Origin: Balanoglossus misakiensis | Lineage: Eukaryota > Animalia > Hemichordata | Reading direction: 5' to 3' | NCBI GenBank assembly: GCA_040954595.2 | Contig: CM082576.2 | Location: 18,647,028-18,711,027, forward strand | Length of the DNA stretch: 64,000 bases | Shown: positions 1 through 13,100 of the stretch, in pieces | How positions within the stretch are numbered: the stretch's first letter is position 1 | Layout: every line of letters begins with the position of its first letter | The notes under the pieces: model-generated | Seen by the model: the letters and a program-made list of their open reading frames with translations, nothing else | What the model was told of the DNA's origin: nothing | The model's database searches: none | Translations under genes and position numbers: made by a program

Positions 1-3000
1 ATTGAATCCGATTCTTTGCATCAGGGTAAATGGCGATGCAAGCTTGATGATGCATCACGGTAGATAGTGATGCAAACACTTTACTTTGACATGGGTATTA
101 AATGCATATGGGGATTTCAAGTTGATTACAAATCCCTGGGTTAATACGCGTCCAAAAGCACTGTAATTTGACATTGCTAATGCGATGTTGACATTGAATG
201 TAATTCTCCGCATTAGGGCAAATGGCAAAGCAAGCTTAATGATGCAATGGAGTAGACCGTGATGCAAGCTATGCATTTTGACATAGGTATTTAATGCATG
301 TGCATGGGTATTAAATGTTGAATGTAAATTCTCAGGTTAATACATCTCCAAAAGCACTGTAATTTAAAATTGCTAATGTAAGGGTGACATTGAATCTGAT
401 TCTTTGCATTAGGGGAAATGGCGTAGCAAGCCTAATGATCCATCTGAGTAGATGGTGATGCAAGCTAAGCATTTTGACATAGGTACTAAATGTATATACA
501 TGGGTATTTAAAGTTGTCTGTAAATCCCCAGGTTAATACATGGCCATAAGCATTATAATTTGACATTGCTAATGAAATGGTGACACTGAATCTGATTCTT
601 TGCATCAGGGCATATTGTGAAGCATGCTTGATGATGTATTAGGGTCAATAGTGATGGAAACACTGCACTATGACATGGGTATTTAATGCATACGCATTGA
701 TATTTACAGTTGACTCTAAATCCCGAGGTTAATACATGGCTAAAAGCGCTGTAATTTAAAATTACTAATGCAAAGGTTACATTGAATATGGGTAAATGGT
801 GAAGCAAGCTTGAAGATGCATCAGGGTAGCTGGTGTTTCAAGCCCTTCACATTGACATTGGAATATAATGCATATGGGGATTTAAAATTGATTGTAAATC
901 CCTAGGTTAATACATGGCCAAAAGCACTGTAATTTAAAATTGCTAGTGCAATGGTGACATTGAATTTGATTCTTTGCATCAGGGCATATTGTGAAGCATG
1001 CTTGATGATGCATTAGGGTCAATAGTGATGGAAACACTGCACTATGACATGGGTATTTAATGCATACGCATTGATATTTACAGTTGACTCTTAATCCCGA
1101 GGTTAATACATGGCTAAAAGCACTGTAATTTAAAATTACTAATGCAAAGGTTACATTGAATATGGGTAAATGGTGAAGCAAGCTTGAAGATGCATCAGGG
1201 TAGATGGTGTTTCAAGCCCTTCACATTGACATTGGAATATAATGCATATGGGGATTTAAAATTGATTGTAAATCCCTAGGTTAATACGTGGCCAAAAGCA
1301 ATTTTATTTGACATTGCTAATGCAACGATGACATTGAATCCGATTCTTTGTATCAGGGTAAATGGCGATGCAAGCTTGATGATGCATCACGGTAGATAGT
1401 GATGCAAACACTTCACTTTGACATGGGCATTAAATGCATATGGGGATTTCAAGTTGATTACAAATCCCTGGGTTAATACGCGTCCAAAAGCACTGTAATT
1501 TGACATTGCTAATGCGATGTTGACATTGAATGTAATTCTCCGCATTAGGGCAAATGGCAAAGCAAGCTTAATGATGCAATGGAGTAGACGGTGATGCAAG
1601 CTATGCATTTTGACATAGGTATTTAATGCATGTGCATGGGTATTTAATGTTGAATGTAAATTCCCAGGTTAATACATCTCCAAAAGCACTGTAATTTAAA
1701 ATTGCTAATGTAAGGGTGACATTGAATCTGATTCTTTGCATTATGGGAAATGGCGTAGCAAGCCTAATGATGCATCTGAGTAGATGGTGATGCAAGCTAA
1801 GCATTTTGATATAGGTACTAAATGTATATACATGGGTATTTAAAGTTGTCTGTAAATCCCCAGGTTAATACTTGGCAAAAAGCAATTTTATTTGACATTG
1901 CTAATGAAATGGTGACACTGAATCTGATTCTTTGCATCAGGGTAAATGGCGATGCAAGCTTGATGATGCATCCCGGTAGATAGTGATGCAACCACTTCAC
2001 TGTGACATGGGTATTAAATGCATATGGGGATTAAAAGTTGACTGAAAATCCCTGGGTTAATACAAGTCCAAAAGCACTGTAATTTGACATTGCTAATGCG
2101 ATGTTGACATTGAATGTAATTCTCCGCATTAGGGCAAATGGCAAAGCAAGCTTAATGATGCAATGGAGTAGACGGTGATCCAAGCTATGCTTTTTGACAT
2201 AGGTATTTAATGCATGTGCATGGGTATTTAATGTTGACTGTAAATCCCTGGGTTAATACAAATCCAAAAGCACTGTAATTTGACATTGCTAATACAACGG
2301 TGTCATTTAATCTGATTCTTTGCATCAGGGCAAATTGCGAAGCAAGCTTGATGATGCATCGGAGTATATGGTGATGCAAGCTATGCACTTTGACATACGT
2401 ATTTAATGCATATGCATTGGTATTTAATGTTGACTGTAAATCCCCAGGTTAATACGTGGCCAAAAGCACTGTAATTTGACATTGCTAATGCTACCGTGAC
2501 ACTAAATCTGATTCTTTGCATTAGGGTAAATTGTGAAGCAAGCTTGATGATGCATCAGGATAGATGGTGTTTTAAGCCCCTCACATTGACATTGGAATAT
2601 AACGCATATGGGGATTTAAAGTTAATTGTAAATACCCAGGTTAATACATGGCCAAAAGCACTGTAATTTAAAATTGCTAATGCAATGGTGACATTGAATG
2701 TGATTCTTTGCATTAGGGGAACTGGCGTAGCAATCCTAATAGTGCATCAGAGTAGATGGTGATGCAAGCTCTGCACTTTGACATAGGTATTTAATGCATA
2801 TGCATGTGTATTTAATGTTGACTATAAATCCTCAGGTGAATACATGGCCATAAACACTATAATTTGACATTGCTAATGAAATGGTGACACTGAATCTGAT
2901 TCTTTGCATCAGGGCATATTGTGAAGCATGCTTGATGATGCATTAGGGTCAATAGTGATGGAAACACTGCACTATGACATGGGTATTTAATGCATACGCA

Positions 3001-3501
3001 TTGATATTTACAGTTGACTCTAAATCCCGAGGTTTATACATGGCTAAAAGCGCTGTAATTTAAAATTACTAATGCAAAGGTTACATTGAATATGGGTAAA
3101 TGGTGAAGCAAGCTTGAAGATGCATCAGGGTAGCTGGTGTTTCAAGCCCTTCACATTGACATTGGAATATAATGCATATGGGGATTTAAAGTTGATTGTA
3201 AATCCCTAGGTTAATACATGGCCAAAAGCAATTTTATTTGACATTGCTAATTGAACGATGACATTGAATCCGATTCTTTGCATCAGGGTAAATGGCGATG
3301 CAAGCTTGATGATGCATCACGGTAGATAGTGATGCAAACACTTTACTTTGACATGGGTATTAAATGCATATGGGGATTTCAAGTTGATTACAAATCCCTG
3401 GGTTAATACGCGTCCAAAAGCACTGTAATTTGACATTGCTAATGCGATGTTGACATTGAATGTAATTCTCCGCATTAGGGCAAATGGCAAAGCAAGCTTA
3501 A
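1..3501. repeat. Satellite A, ~196-bp monomer, left block
   Basis: The TTAATAC anchor recurs at 141, 337, 533, 729, 907, 1103, 1281 and 1473 (spacings 196, 196, 196, 178, 196, 178, 192). Recurrent spurious ORFs mirror the periodicity. Confidence 0.97.
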
Positions 3502-3639
3502 ATATAGCTGTGAACAGCAATAAGCGGGTTTCGAGACACTACTAGCCCTATTGGTTCGCCTGGAGATAGATTTGTGCATATTTAATTACTGCATTAGTTG
3601 TTCTATCACTCCAAATGCCAAGGGTGTATGTGCTGTGGA

Positions 3640-4555
3640 TGCTGAGATGTGGAAAAGTAGGTCAAAGGTCACGTGAGGTCACGCTTAATATGAGCAGAAA
3701 ATGTTTACGCTATACTGGTCCATGTCAAACAAAAACCAGACCTGTAGCCCTACTGGTTTGCCTGGAATTAGGTATGCACATAATTAATGAGTTAGGCAGG
3801 TGTCACAGGTGACTCTAAAATTTGGCTTCTTATTTTGGTCCCGTCCACCCAAACACCTAAGCTGTACCTGCTCTGGATGCCGAGATATGTGAAAGTAGGT
3901 CAAAGGTCACCCAAGGACATCCAAAGTTTGGGGAAAAAAATTGTCCCCATACTGGTCCATGTCCGACAAAAACCAGACCTGTAGCCCTATTGGTTTGCCT
4001 GGAATTAGGTATGCACATAGTTAATGAGTTAAGCAGGTGTCACAGGTGAGCCTTAAATTTGGCTTCTTATTTTGGTCCCATCCACCCAAACACCTAAGCT
4101 GTACCTGCTCTGGATGCTGAGGTATGCGAAAGTAGGTCAAAGGTCACCCAAGGTCACCCAAAATTTGGGGGGAAAATTTGACCCCATACTGGTCCATGTC
4201 CGACAAAAACCAGACCTGTAGCCCTATTGGTTTGCCTGGAATTAGGTATGCACATAGTTAATGAGTTAAGCAGGTGTCACAGGTGAGCCTTAAATTTGGC
4301 TTCTTATTTTGGTCCCATCCACCCAAACACCTAAGCTGTATCTGCTCTGGATGCTGAGATATGCGAAAGTAGGTCAAAGGTCACCCAAGGTCACCCAAAA
4401 TTTGGGGAAAAAATTTGACCCCATACTGGTCCATGTCCGACAAAAACCAGACCTGTAGCCCTATTGGTTTGCCTGGAATTAGGTATGCACATAATTAATG
4501 AGTTGAGCAGGTGTCACAGGTGAGCCTTAAATTTGGCTTCTTATTTTGGTCCTAT
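3640..4555. repeat. Internal ~240-bp tandem repeat of HINE copy 1 (~4 units)
   Basis: GTAGGTCAAAGGTCAC and CCTGGAATTAGGTATGCACA recur every ~239-240 bp. Confidence 0.9.
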
Positions 4556-5334
4556 GCTGCAGACTATTGCACCGACCAGAATTCTACAAAACTATGTGGC
4601 CATAGCTTAAGTATAGTGGAATAAGTATAGGTATAGATTTCATAAAAAAATTAATATAAAAAAATCGATCGATTTTCCATATTATTTTTTCCAGTTGGAA
4701 CTGATTGTCGGAAGGTAGGCTAGCTGCACACAAAATTTGAAGCTGATCAGCCCAGCGGATGTTGAGATATTGGGCATAAATCTAAAATCCTAGGGGGCCA
4801 TTGCTTAACCATGGAAAGTATAGGCCAATGGCTGGGTCCAATGGTCATGGAAAATATGTAAAATAATGCTTTAAAAATCATCTCCTGAAAATCGGCAAGG
4901 ACTTAGACATTGAAATTTGGCATATAGGACCCTGGCCATATGGTCCACAAAGTTTCTGAACAGAATTTGGATTCTTCATTTTTTATGCAAATTAGACCAA
5001 TTTAAAAGTTTAAATCCAAGATGGCTGCCAGGTCATGTGACCTGTTGCCATAGTGACATGATCAAAAAATTACTTGCTTTGAGTTTTACCTATGAGCCAA
5101 ATTTCAAATCATTGGGTGCAACGGTCTTCGAATAGCGGCTGTTTTTAAAAGTGGGAAGAAGAATAATTAAATAAAGAATTATAATAATAATAATAAATAT
5201 AGCTGTGAACAGCAATAAGCGGGTTTCGAGACACTACTAGCCCTATTGGTTCGCCTGGAGATAGATTTGTGCATATTTAATTACTGCATTAGTTGTTCTA
5301 TCACTCCAAATGCCAAGGGTGTATGTGCTGTGGA

Positions 5335-6485
5335 TGCTGAGATGTGAAAAAGTAGGTCAAAGGTCACGTGAGGTCACGCTTAATATGAGCAGAAAATGTT
5401 TACGCTATACTGGTCCATGTCAAACAAAAACCAGATCTGTAGCCCTACTGGTTTGCCTGGAATTAGGTATGCACATAATTAATGAGTTAGGCAGGTGTCA
5501 CAGGTGACTCTAAAATTTGGCTTCTTATTTTGGTCCCGTCCACCCAAACACCTAAGCTGTACCTGCTCTGGATGCCGAGATATGTGAAAGTAGGTCAAAG
5601 GTCACCCAAGGACATCCAAAGTTTGGGAAAAAAAATTGTCCCCATACTGGTCCATGTCTGACAAAAACCAGACCTGTAGCCTATTGGTTTGCCTGGAATT
5701 AGGTATGCACATAATTAATGAGTTGAGCAGGTGTCACAGATGAGCCTTAAATTTGGCTTCTTATTTTGGTCCCATCCACCCAAACACCTGAGCTGTACCT
5801 GCTCTGGATGCTGAGATATGCGAAAGTAGGTCAAAGGTCACCCAAGGTCACCCAAAATTAGGGGAAAAAATTTGACCCCATACTGGTCCATGTCCGACAA
5901 AAACCAGACCTGTAGCCCTATTGGTTTGCCTGGAATTAGGTATGCACATAATTAATGAGTTGAGCAGGTGTCACAGGTGAGCCTTAAATTTGGCTTCTTA
6001 TTTTGGTCCCATCCACCCAAACACCTGAGCTGTACCTGCTCTGGATGCTGAGATATGCGAAAGTAGGTCAAAGGTCACCCAAGGTCACCCAAAATTTGGG
6101 GAAAAAATTTGACCCCATACTGGTCCATGTCCGACAAAAACCAGACCTGTAGCCCTATTGGTTTGCCTGGAATTAGGTATGCACATAATTAATGAGTTGA
6201 GCAGGTGTCACAGGTGAGCCTTAAATTTGGCTTCTTATTTTGGTCCCATCCACCCAAACACCTGAGCTGTACCTGCTCTGGATGCTGAGATATGCGAAAG
6301 TAGGTCAAAGGTCACCCAAGGTCACCCAAAATTTGGGAAAAAAATTTGACCCCATACTGGTCCATGTCCGACAAAAATCAGACCTGTAGCCCTGTTGGTT
6401 TGCCTGGAATTAGGTATGCACATAATTAATGAGTTGAGCAGGTGTCACAGGTGAGCCTTAAATGTGGCTTCTTATTTTGGTCCTA
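5335..6485. repeat. Internal ~240-bp tandem repeat of HINE copy 2 (~5 units)
   Basis: Same unit as in copy 1, with one extra repeat. Confidence 0.9.
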
Positions 6486-7091
6486 TGCTGCAGACTATTG
6501 CACCGACCAGAATTCTACAAAACTATGTGGCCATAGCTTAAGTATAGTGGAATAAGTATAGGTATAGATTTCATAAAAAAATTAATATAAAAAAATCGGT
6601 CGATTTTCCATATTATTTTTTCCAGTTGGAACTGATTGTCGGAAGGTAGGCTAGCTGCACACAAAATTTGAAGCTGATCAGCCCAGCGGATGTTGAGATA
6701 TTGGGCATAAATCTAAAATCCTATGGGGCCATTGCTTAACCATGGAAAGTATAGGCCAATGGCTGGGTCCAATGGTCATGGAAAATATGAAAAATAATGC
6801 TTTAAAAATCATCTCCTCAAAATCGGCAAGGACTTAGACATTGAAATTTGGCATATAGGACCCTGGCCATATGGTCCACAAAGTTTCTGAACAGAATTTG
6901 GATTCTTCATTTTTTATGCAAATTAGACCAATTTAAAAGTTTAAATCCAAGATGGCTGCCAGGTCATGTGACCTGTTGCCATAGTGACATGATCAAAAAA
7001 TTACTTGCTTTGAGTTTTACCTATGAGCCAAATTTCAAGTCATTGGGTGCAACGGTCTTCGAATAGCGGCTGTTTTTAAAAGTGGGAAGAA

Positions 7092-7128
<37 letters not shown>

Positions 7129-7175
7129 CAACACGATTTCAAGAGGGTTTCGAGACCCCTCTGGTCTCGAAACCC

Positions 7176-10100
7176 TAATGATGCAATGGAGTAGACCGTG
7201 ATGCAAGCTATGCATTTTGACATAGGTATTTAATGCATGTGCATGGTATTAAATGTTGAATGTAAATTCTCAGGTTAATACATCTCCAAAAGCACTGTAA
7301 TTTAAAATTGCTAATGTAAGGGTGACATTGAATCTGATTCTTTGCATTAGGGGAAATGGCGTAGCAAGCCTAATGATCCATCTGAGTAGATGGTGATGCA
7401 AGCTAAGCATTTTGACATAGGTACTAAATGTATATACATGGGTATTTAAAGTTGTCTGTAAATCCCCAGGTTAATACATGGCCATAAGCATTATAATTTG
7501 ACATTGCTAATGAAATGGTGACACTGAATCTGATTCTTTGCATCAGGGCATATTGTGAAGCATGCTTGATGATGTATTAGGGTCAATAGTGATGGAAACA
7601 CTGCACTATGACATGGGTATTTAATGCATACGCATTGATATTTACAGTTGACTCTAAATCCCGAGGTTAATACATGGCTAAAAGCGCTGTAATTTAAAAT
7701 TACTAATGCAAAGGTTACATTGAATATGGGTAAATGGTGAAGCAAGCTTGAAGATGCATCAGGGTAGCTGGTGTTTCAAGCCCTTCACATTGACATTGGA
7801 ATATAATGCATATGGGGATTTAAAATTGATTGTAAATCCCTAGGTTAATACATGGCCAAAAGCACTGTAATTTAAAATTGCTAGTGCAATGGTGACATTG
7901 AATGTGATTCTTTGCATCAGGGCATATTGTGAAGCATGCTTGATGATGCATTAGGGTCAATAGTGATGGAAACACTGCACTATGACATGGGTATTTAATG
8001 CATACGCATTGATATTTACAGTTGACTCTTAATCCCGAGGTTAATACATGGCTAAAAGCACTGTAATTTAAAATTACTAATGCAAAGGTTACATTGAATA
8101 TGGGTAAATGGTGAAGCAAGCTTGAAGATGCATCAGGGTAGATGGTGTTTCAAGCCCTTCACATTGACATTGGAATATAATGCATATGGGGATTTAAAAT
8201 TGATTGTAAATCCCTAGGTTAATACGTGGCCAAAAGCAATTTTATTTGACATTGCTAATGCAACGATGACATTGAATCCGATTCTTTGTATCAGGGTAAA
8301 TGGCGATGCAAGCTTGATGATGCATCACGGTAGATAGTGATGCAAACACTTCACTTTGACATGGGCATTAAATGCATATGGGGATTTCAAGTTGATTACA
8401 AATCCCTGGGTTAATACGCGTCCAAAAGCACTGTAATTTGACATTGCTAATGCGATGTTGACATTGAATGTAATTCTCCGCATTAGGGCAAATGGCAAAG
8501 CAAGCTTAATGATGCAATGGAGTAGACGGTGATGCAAGCTATGCATTTTGACATAGGTATTTAATGCATGTGCATGGGTATTTAATGTTGAATGTAAATT
8601 CCCAGGTTAATACATCTCCAAAAGCACTGTAATTTAAAATTGCTAATGTAAGGGTGACATTGAATCTGATTCTTTGCATTATGGGAAATGGCGTAGCAAG
8701 CCTAATGATGCATCTGAGTAGATGGTGATGCAAGCTAAGCATTTTGATATAGGTACTAAATGTATATACATGGGTATTTAAAGTTGTCTGTAAATCCCCA
8801 GGTTAATACTTGGCAAAAAGCAATTTTATTTGACATTGCTAATGAAATGGTGACACTGAATCTGATTCTTTGCATCAGGGCATATTGTGAAGCATGCTTG
8901 ATGATGTATTAGTGTCAACAGTGATGGAAACACTGCACTATGACATGGGTATTTAATGCATATGCATTGATATTTACAGTTGACTCTAAATCCCGAGGTT
9001 AATACATGGCTAAAAGCGCTGTAATTTAAAATTACTAATGCAAAGGTTACATTAAATATGGGTAAATGGTGAAGCAAGCTTGAAGATGCATCAGGGTAGA
9101 TGGTGTTTCAAGCCCTTCACATTGACTTGGAATATAATGCATATGGGGATTTAAAATTGATTGTAAATCCCTAGGTTAATACGTGGCCAAAAGCAATTTT
9201 ATTTGACATTGCTAATGCAACGATGACATTGAATCCGATTCTTTGCATCAGGGTAAATGGCGATGCAAGCTTGATGATGCATCATGGTAGATAGTGATGC
9301 AAACACTTCACTTTGACATGGGCATTAAATGCATATGGGGATTTCAAGTTGATTACAAATCCCTGGATTAATACGCGTCCAAAAGCACTGTAATTTGACA
9401 TTGCTAATGCGATGTTGACATTGAATGTAATTCTCCGCATTAGGGCAAATGGCAAAGCAAGCTTAATGATGCAATGGAGTAGACGGTGATGCAAGCTATG
9501 CATTTTGACATAGGTATTTAATGCATGTGCTTGGGTATTTTATGTTGAATGTAAATTCCCAGGTTAATACATCTCCAAAAGCACTGTAATTTAAAATTGC
9601 TAATGTAAGGGTGACATTGAATCTGATTCTTTGCATTATGGGAAATGGCCTAACAAGCCTAATGATCCATCTGAGTAGATGGTGATGCAAGCTAAGCATT
9701 TTGACATAGGTACTAAATGTATATACATGGGTATTTAAAGTTGTCTGTAAATCCCCAGGTTAATACATGGCCATAAGCTCTATAATTTGACATTGCTAAT
9801 GAAATGGTGACACTGAATCTGATTCTTAGCATCAGGGCATATTGTGAAGCATGCTTGATGATGTATTAGTGTCAACAGTGATGGAAACACTGCACTATGA
9901 CATGGGTATTTAATGCATATGCATTGATATTTACAGTTGACACTAAATCCCGAGGTTAATACATGGCTAAAAGCGCTGTAATTTAAAATTACTAATGCAA
10001 AGGTTACATTGAATATGGGTAAATGGTGAAGCAAGCTTGAAGATGCATCAGGGTAGCTGGTGTTTCAAGCCCTTCACATTGACATTGGAATATAATGCAT

Positions 10101-13100
10101 ATGGGGATTTAAAATTGATTGTAAATCCCTAGGTTAATACATGGCCAAAAGCACTGTAATTTAAAATTGCTAGTGCAATGGTGACATTGAATGTGATTCT
10201 TTGCATCAGGGCATATTGTGAAGCATGCTTGATGATGCATTAGGGTCAATAGTGATGGAAACACTGCACTATGACATGGGTATTTAATGCATACGCATTG
10301 ATATTTACAGTTGACTCTTAATCCCGAGGTTAATACATGGCTAAAAGCACTGTAATTTAAAATTACTAATGCAAAGGTTACATTGAATATGGGTAAATGG
10401 TGAAGCAAGCTTGAAGATGCATCAGGGTAGATGGTGTTTCAAGCCCTTCACATTGACATTGGAATATAATGCATATGGGGATTTAAAATTGATTGTAAAT
10501 CCCTAGGTTAATACATGGCCAAAAGCACTGTAATTTAAAATTGCTAGTGCAATGGTGACATTGAATGTGATTCTTTGCATCAGGGCATATTGTGAAGCAT
10601 GCTTGATGATGCATTAGGGTCAATAGTGATGGAAACACTGCACTATGACATGGGTATTTAATGCATACGCATTGATATTTACAGTTGACTCTTAATCCCG
10701 AGGTTAATACATGGCTAAAAGCACTGTAATTTAAAATTACTAATGCAAAGGTTACATTGAATATGGGTAAATGGTGAAGCAAGCTTGAAGATGCATCAGG
10801 GTAGATGGTGTTTCAAGCCCTTCACATTGACATTGGAATATAATGCATATGGGGATTTAAAATTGATTGTAAATCCCTAGGTTAATACGTGGCCAAAAGC
10901 AATTTTATTTGACATTGCTAATGCAACGATGACATTGAATCCGATTCTTTGTATCAGGGTAAATGGCGATGCAAGCTTGATGATGCATCACGGTAGATAG
11001 TGATGCAAACACTTCACTTTGACATGGGCATTAAATGCATATGGGGATTTCAAGTTGATTACAAATCCCTGGGTTAATACGCGTCCAAAAGCACTGTAAT
11101 TTGACATTGCTAATGCGATGTTGACATTGAATGTAATTCTCCGCATTAGGGCAAATGGCAAAGCAAGCTTAATGATGCAATGGAGTAGACGGTGATGCAA
11201 GCTATGCATTTTGACATAGGTATTTAATGCATGTGCATGGGTATTTAATGTTGAATGTAAATTCCCAGGTTAATACATCTCCAAAAGCACTGTAATTTAA
11301 AATTGCTAATGTAAGGGTGACATTGAATCTGATTCTTTGCATTATGGGAAATGGCGTAGCAAGCCTAATGATGCATCTGAGTAGATGGTGATGCAAGCTA
11401 AGCATTTTGATATAGGTACTAAATGTATATACATGGGTATTTAAAGTTGTCTGTAAATCCCCAGGTTAATACTTGGCAAAAAGCAATTTTATTTGACATT
11501 GCTAATGAAATGGTGACACTGAATCTGATTCTTTGCATCAGGGCATATTGTGAAGCATGCTTGATGATGTATTAGTGTCAACAGTGATGGAAACACTGCA
11601 CTATGACATGGGTATTTAATGCATATGCATTGATATTTACAGTTGACTCTAAATCCCGAGGTTAATACATGGCTAAAAGCGCTGTAATTTAAAATTACTA
11701 ATGCAAAGGTTACATTAAATATGGGTAAATGGTGAAGCAAGCTTGAAGATGCATCAGGGTAGATGGTGTTTCAAGCCCTTCACATTGACTTGGAATATAA
11801 TGCATATGGGGATTTAAAATTGATTGTAAATCCCTAGGTTAATACGTGGCCAAAAGCAATTTTATTTGACATTGCTAATGCAACGATGACATTGAATCCG
11901 ATTCTTTGCATCAGGGTAAATGGCGATGCAAGCTTGATGATGCATCATGGTAGATAGTGATGCAAACACTTCACTTTGACATGGGCATTAAATGCATATG
12001 GGGATTTCAAGTTGATTACAAATCCCTGGATTAATACGCGTCCAAAAGCACTGTAATTTGACATTGCTAATGCGATGTTGACATTGAATGTAATTCTCCG
12101 CATTAGGGCAAATGGCAAAGCAAGCTTAATGATGCAATGGAGTAGACGGTGATGCAAGCTATGCATTTTGACATAGGTATTTAATGCATGTGCTTGGGTA
12201 TTTAATGTTGAATGTAAATTCCCAGGTTAATACATCTCCAAAAGCACTGTAATTTAAAATTGCTAATGTAAGGGTGACATTGAATCTGATTCTTTGCATC
12301 AGGGCATATTGTGAAGCATGCTTGATGATGCATTAGGGTCAATAGTGATGGAAACACTGCACTATGACATGGGTATTTAATGCATACGCATTGATATTTA
12401 CAGTTGACTCTTAATCCCGAGGTTAATACATGGCTAAAAGCACTGTAATTTAAAATTACTAATGCAAAGGTTACATTGAATATGGGTAAATGGTGAAGCA
12501 AGCTTGAAGATGCATCAGGGTAGATGGTGTTTCAAGCCCTTCACATTGACATTGGAATATAATGCATATGGGGATTTAAAATTGATTGTAAATCCCTAGG
12601 TTAATACATGGCCAAAAGCACTGTAATTTAAAATTGCTAGTGCAATGGTGACATTGAATGTGATTCTTTGCATCAGGGCATATTGTGAAGCATGCTTGAT
12701 GATGCATTAGGGTCAATAGTGATGGAAACACTGCACTATGACATGGGTATTTAATGCATACGCATTGATATTTACAGTTGACTCTTAATCCCGAGGTTAA
12801 TACATGGCTAAAAGCACTGTAATTTAAAATTACTAATGCAAAGGTTACATTGAATATGGGTAAATGGTGAAGCAAGCTTGAAGATGCATCAGGGTAGATG
12901 GTGTTTCAAGCCCTTCACATTGACATTGGAATATAATGCATATGGGGATTTAAAATTGATTGTAAATCCCTAGGTTAATACATGGCCAAAAGCACTGTAA
13001 TTTAAAATTGCTAGTGCAATGGTGACATTGAATGTGATTCTTTGCATCAGGGCATATTGTGAAGCATGCTTGATGATGCATTAGGGTCAATAGTGATGGA

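Larger units (their letters stand above)
3502..7175 (-). mobile_element. Head-to-tail dimer of a non-autonomous Helentron/HINE (DINE-1-like) element
   Basis: Interrupts satellite AGCAAGCT-TAA-TGATGC, with TAA on both sides (3499-3501, 7176-7178). Terminal hairpin GGGTTTCGAGACC-CCTCT-GGTCTCGAAACCC at 7145-7175. Sub-terminal copies of GGGTTTCGAGAC at ~3526 and ~5221. Small GCTGT-GA-ACAGC hairpin at the other end, an (ATA)n microsatellite and internal tandem repeats. Units are 3502-5196 and 5197-7175. Confidence 0.8.

Noticed and set aside
3640-6485. CRISPR-like regular repeats here or in either satellite
   Set aside because: There are no unique spacers and no cas genes, and the context is eukaryotic (introns, LTR element, SINE).
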